A DNA stretch of 64,000 nt, from NCBI RefSeq assembly GCF_009914755.1, contig NC_060926.1. One strand, given 5' to 3'. Position numbers and translations under genes: made by a program. Source of the DNA: the human T2T-CHM13v2.0 reference genome, Homo sapiens. Shown here in pieces: positions 57,843 through 64,000 of this stretch; the first letter of the stretch is position 1, and every line of letters starts with the position of its first letter. Below the pieces are notes generated by a model. It made no database searches. It saw only the letters and a list, made by a program, of their open reading frames with translations, and was not told the DNA's origin.

Positions 57843-58877
57843 ATTGATTTCTTCCTTGACCCACTGGTTGTTCAAGAATGTGTTGTGTAGTTTAACATCT
57901 CTATACATTTTTTAGTTTTCCTTCTGCTATTAATTTCTAGTTTTATTTCACTGTGGTTGGAAAAGATATTTGGCATGATTTCAATGTTCTTAAATTTGTT
58001 AAGACTTGTTTTGTGCATTAACATATGATCTATCCCAGAAAATGTTCCATGTTTGCTGGAGAAGAATGTATATTCTGCACTATTGGGTGAAATAGTCTTT
58101 ATATGTCTCTCAGGCCTATTTGGTTTACTGTGTTCAAGTCTACTATTTCCTTATTGATTTTCTGTCTGGAGGTTCTAATCATTATTGAAAGTGGTTTATT
58201 GAAGTCCCCTACTATTATTCTATCACTGTCTATTTCTCCCTTCAGTTTTGTCAATAATTGCTTTATATATTTAGGTGCTCTGATGTTTGGTGTATATATT
58301 ATAATAATTATAGTATCTTCTGGGTAAATTGACCCTTTTATCATTTTATAATGACTTCTTTGTCACTTGTGTGAGTTTTTGACTTAAAGTCTATTTTGTC
58401 TCATATAACTATAGCCACCCCTGCTATTTTTGAATACCATTAACATAAAATATCTTTTTCCATACCTTCATTTTCAGCCTTTGTGTCCTTAAATCTGAAG
58501 TGAGTCTTTTGTAGACAGCATATAGTTGGGTCTTTTTCTTCAATCCATTCAGCAACTGTAGGTATATCTTTTGATTGGAGGCTTTAATCCATTTATATTT
58601 AATAATTATTGATAGGGGAGGACAATTTTGCCATTTTGAGAGTTGTTTTCTGTCTGTCTTTTAGTTGTATTGCCCCTCTTCTTCTAGTTTGCTGTCTTTT
58701 TAAAAAAATATTATTTCGTTTTTTTCTTTTGTGCGTCTTTGACAGCTATTATATTTGCACTTACTATGAGGCTTATATAAAAATCTTATAGTAATAACAG
58801 CCTATTTTGGCTGATAATAACTTCAATTGCATTCAAAAAGTTTTCACTTTTAGTTCCCATACACTTTTCTAAATAGT

Positions 58878-59554
<677 letters not shown>

Positions 59555-61263
59555 CCACATTTTGTTACTGACATCACAATTTACTTATTTTTGTATTGTA
59601 TATTCATTAACATATTTTAATGTTGTTTTTAATACTTGAGTCTTTTAACTTTCATATTAAAATTAAAATTATTTAAATACCACTATTTTCATTTTATAGT
59701 ATTTTGTATTTGCCTGTATATATTTACCTTTACTAATGAGTTGTTGGATATAGTATTTTTGATTGATAGTTTATTTCTTCTTTCAGCACTTTGAATATAT
59801 TATCCCATTTCTGTGAGATTTCTGATGCAAAAACTGTTATAATCTTATAAGGGTTTCTTTCTACATGATAAGTCACTTTTCTCTTGCTGCTTTCAAAATT
59901 CTCTTTTGTGTTTGACTTTTGACAATTTGGTTATAATGTGTCTCAGTGTTGAAGTCTTTCAGTTCATCTAACTCAGGGTCTGTTAGGATTCTTGGATCTG
60001 GACGTCCATTTTCTTTCCCAAATTTGAGAAATTTTTGCCCTTGTTTATTTGAATAAGCTTTCTGACCCTTTCTTTCTCCTCTGCTTCTACAACTCCCATA
60101 TTACAAATATTGGTCAGCTTAATAGCATCCCATGCGTCCCTTAAACGTTCATCACTCTTTCTTCTTTTTTCCCTTCTTGTCAGATAATTTCAAATGATCT
60201 GTCTTTGGGTTTGCTGATTTTTCTGCTTGATCTAGTCTGCTGTTGAACACTTCTATTGAAATTTTTAGTTCAATTATTACATTCTTCAGCTCCAAGACTA
60301 TTGTTTGGTTCTTTTAAAAATTTCTCTATCTCTTTGTTGAAATTCTCATTTCGTTCATGTATTGTTCTCCTGGCTCACTGAGCATTTTTATGATGGTTAT
60401 TTTCAATTCTCTGTCAGGTAATTCAAATATTACTATTTCATAAGGGTCCATTTTGGAGCTCTTACTTCTTTGTTGGACTATGTTTCTCTATTACTTCTTC
60501 TTCTTTACTCTTTATTTTAGTATCTGTGCAATAGAAAAAATAACTATCTCTCTTAGTCTTCAAGACTGGCCTCATACAGAAGACCCTTAGCAATCAGCCT
60601 GGTCAGAGATTCTCGGGGGCTGTTCAAACGTTCATACTAGTCCCAGCTGCCTTTTGTTTTTAAGCATCTCTCAGGCATCTAGAATATGATGGGTTTTGTC
60701 AGTAATTTGAGACAGGTTAGACAGAAGCCCAGTCCCTTGGACAGCCCCCAGAAGAGTTAGAAAGTTGGATGAATGGTCCAATTGTTTCCCCCTGCAAAGT
60801 GAGAAGCTGGGATATGGGTTTTATTTTCCTGTTTGCTTTGCATTGAGCCTTTTGGAAAAGCTATGATAAGTGTTTTCATGCTAGTCCAAGATACCATCTT
60901 TGTTCTCAAACCATGCCCTCCTAATATCATCACTCTACTCCTCTGTCTTGACTTCTCATCAGTGAAACCTATAGTGGCAAATGAATAGTTAAAAAGGATG
61001 GAAAAAGAAGCTAGAAAAATAACTTAGTAGACATATGCAAGAAATTTTACTATCAAATGGAAAAAAATAGTTGAATAATACAGTAAAACAAGAGGACTTT
61101 TTTTTTTTTTTTTGCCACAGCAGAGGCAAGGAACAGCTGACACTTTTCCAAATTTATTTTTTACTGCAATTTTTATGCAAATTATTCACTACTGATTTTC
61201 AATCCAAGTTTGGAATTTAAAGAGGTTTGTGGAACTTCTACACAGTTTTCTCTTTTCCGTTAA

Positions 61264-61579
<316 letters not shown>

Positions 61580-62977
61580 CAACAATTCTCAAAGAAAAAA
61601 AAAAAAAAAAAAAAAAAACTGGATCGGTAGGGTGATTAGAAACTTCTTGCTATTATCTGATGCATCCATGATAGAGATAGAGGCAAACGAAAATACTTTG
61701 ATTTTGCTTGTTTCACTTTCCACATCTTCATCCATGTGGTTATCATAGTTCTGGCTCTGATTAAGTTTGGTATACTTTTAGTAAGTATGCATAGATTATG
61801 TTTAAATTATAAAGCGTATTTTAGTAATCCAAATTGCCAATGGCTAAGTGAAGTTTGAAAATAGGATCATATTCAATATCAAATTGAATAACGATATAAA
61901 CATAATTAGAAATAATTGGGTGAGGAGTGATATATAATGCAAAACGGTAGCCATGAAGATTAATATAGTTTCTCATGTTTAAATGCCTTAAGGAAATAAG
62001 ACTAATATAAAAGAAGGGAAAGTGAAATTTTAAATCTCAACAATTAGTATTTGTTGTATTACTATTCAAGAAATTTTATGTTTTCTATACTTGCAAAGTA
62101 TAGAATACTATAATAAAAAAGATGTGTACCATTCTGCTCATATCATAAGCACATTTATATAATAAGGCATACTTCCTGCAGAAACTTCTCAATGGTTCTA
62201 TTGAGATTGTGAGTGAAAGCATTAAGTAAATATTTTGAGACTTTTAAAAATATTTTCTACAAGATTTGATAATGCTAATTGTATATTTATACATTATTGC
62301 ATCAACTGAATTTAGAAGTATACTTCACCTTTTTATAATTTTCCTTTTAATGATATAGTGATGCATGTATATTTATATCTTGATAAGGTCCCTTGAACTA
62401 TGAATGAATCTTTTAGCTTTAAGTATTAAACTGCACAAGTATTGGGATACTGCCTTCCAAATATGTGTAGTAGACCTAGCCTACAAACAATCTAAAATGT
62501 GCAATAAAGCTACTACATCTGTGAGGGCTGACCCAACACAATATTTTAGAAATTATCAGCTTTCTCCAGCTCATTTAGAGAAACAAAAATAAAAAATAAA
62601 AACAACATGAATACGCTAAAGACTAAAAAACTTTTCTATAAAGTCCAAACTTTTGGTGAAATTTTCCTAAAAAGGTCAAGTGGATATTGACTTCGCTTTG
62701 AATACTCATCATGACCCCAAAAATGTTTAGATGGAAATGCAGTGGGTGGAATTTTGCGTCAGCTTAAGAATCAGCACAAGCAGTTCCCATCCCTTGCCTT
62801 TTGAGCATACTTCTGGCATCTTTCTGAACTTGTTTTTGTTAATACAAAGATTATAACTCCAACTCAATTTACTGTAGAGTATTTTAGAATCGCCGAATAA
62901 TTAGTTTATTGACTTGGTTCTACCAAGTTCTATGCAAAGCTGACATTATTATGTACTCGGTTTATAGCCCTCCAACA

Positions 62978-63386
62978 CTTATGGGCTGAAATGTGCCCCC
63001 CTCCTACCCCAAATTTATATATTGAAGGCCTGACTAACCCCTAGTGCCTCAGAATGTGACTGTATTTGGAGACAGGGTCTTTAAAGAGATAATTAAGTTA
63101 AAATGAGGTCGCTAGGATGAGCCCTAATCCAATATAACTGGTGTCCTTATAAAAAGAAAAAATTTGGACATAGACATAGACATACATAGAAGGAAGGCCA
63201 TATAAAGGCATGAGGGAAGACAGCCATTTGCAAGCCCAGGAGAGAAGTCTCAGAAGAAACCAACACTGCTGACACCCTGATCTTGGACTTCTGGCCTCCA
63301 GGACTGTGAGAAAATATATTTTGGTTCTTCGTTTAAGCCACTGAATCTGTGTTACTGTGTTATAGCAGCCCCAGCAAACTAATATG
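62978..63386 (+). mobile_element. MaLR solo LTR (MLT1B-like)
   Basis: tatgggctgaaatgtg...gaatgtgactgtatttggagacagggtcttt...gttatagcagccccagcaaactaat. Confidence 0.85.
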
Positions 63387-63523
63387 CCAACTCAGAAATA
63401 TTTTGAGAAGGCCTCCTCTGATGCAAAAACACATGTGTATTTTATCCTTCATTTTATCACAAGTCTGTAGATGATCACTCCAACATAAGACAACTTAAGC
63501 TTTCTTAGAAAGAAATTTATATA

Positions 63524-63947
63524 TAGTTGACCCTTGAACAATACAGGTTTGAACTGTATGGGTTCAAGTCCACTTATATGTGAATTTTCTTCTGCCTCTG
63601 ATACTCCTGGGACGGCAAGACCAACCCCTCCTCCTCCCTTTTCTTCTCCTCAGCCTACTCAACATGAAAATAATGAGGATGAAGACCTTTATAAAGATCC
63701 ACTTCCACTTAAATATATTTATCTTTCTATGATTTTGAAAACATTTTCTTTTTTCGAGCTTTATTATAGCAGTATATAATACATATGACATGCAAAGTGT
63801 GTGTTAATCAACCGTTTATGTTCATTGGTAAGGCTTCCAGTCAAGAGTAGGCTATTAATAAAGTTTTGGGGAGTAAAGTTACATGCGAGTTTTCAACTGT
63901 GCAGGGGGCCAGCACCCCTAATCCCTGCATTGTTCAAGAATCAACTG
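63524..63947. mobile_element. Tigger2a-like DNA transposon
   Basis: TIRs agttgacccttgaacaa / ttgttcaagaatcaactg. Confidence 0.88.
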
Positions 63948-64000
63948 TGTATGTGTGTCTATAAATAGTTCCTGACTTATGATGGATTGACTTACTATTT

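Noticed and set aside
61595-61618. Orphan poly(A) tract next to the head of an antisense AluY
   Set aside because: No associated retrocopy body or clear TSD; treated as a simple repeat.
63961-64000. Possible start of another Tigger-family element
   Set aside because: Only 40 nt visible at the window edge; too little to call.

Overview
This is human (primate) genomic DNA, AT-rich and repeat-dense, recognisable as chr2q33.3. It holds three genes. (1) The 3' end of ADAM23 (+): two paralogous 91-nt transmembrane exons (beta 7885-7975, alpha 12007-12097), a terminal exon from 19683 that is read in two frames, and a ~3.5 kb 3'UTR. (2) The complete neuropeptide precursor gene FAM237A/NPGL (+): a CpG-island promoter at ~44.1-44.9 kb and CDS 46346-46757 + 50766-50899 (181 aa, with a GL-GRR amidation site). 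(3) The last exon of DYTN (-; CDS 53935-54038), convergent with FAM237A; everything to its right appears to be DYTN intron. The remainder is Alu, L1, L2, MIR, hAT/Tigger DNA transposon and MaLR LTR sequence, and almost all ORF-track entries are repeat-derived or chance ORFs. I see no new gene family or foreign system. The best leads concern the ADAM23 C-terminal splice switch: frame arithmetic that makes double inclusion a likely NMD target, an equal-length gamma tail with a GPI-signal-like end, a NOVA YCAY cluster, a UG-rich element and inverted Alus. Other leads are an AP-1/ARE cluster and an unexplained ~100-bp duplication in the last ADAM23 intron, and an RE1/REST site plus possible cryptic peptides in FAM237A. 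Gene and repeat names come from recognition, not database searches, and repeat boundaries are approximate.
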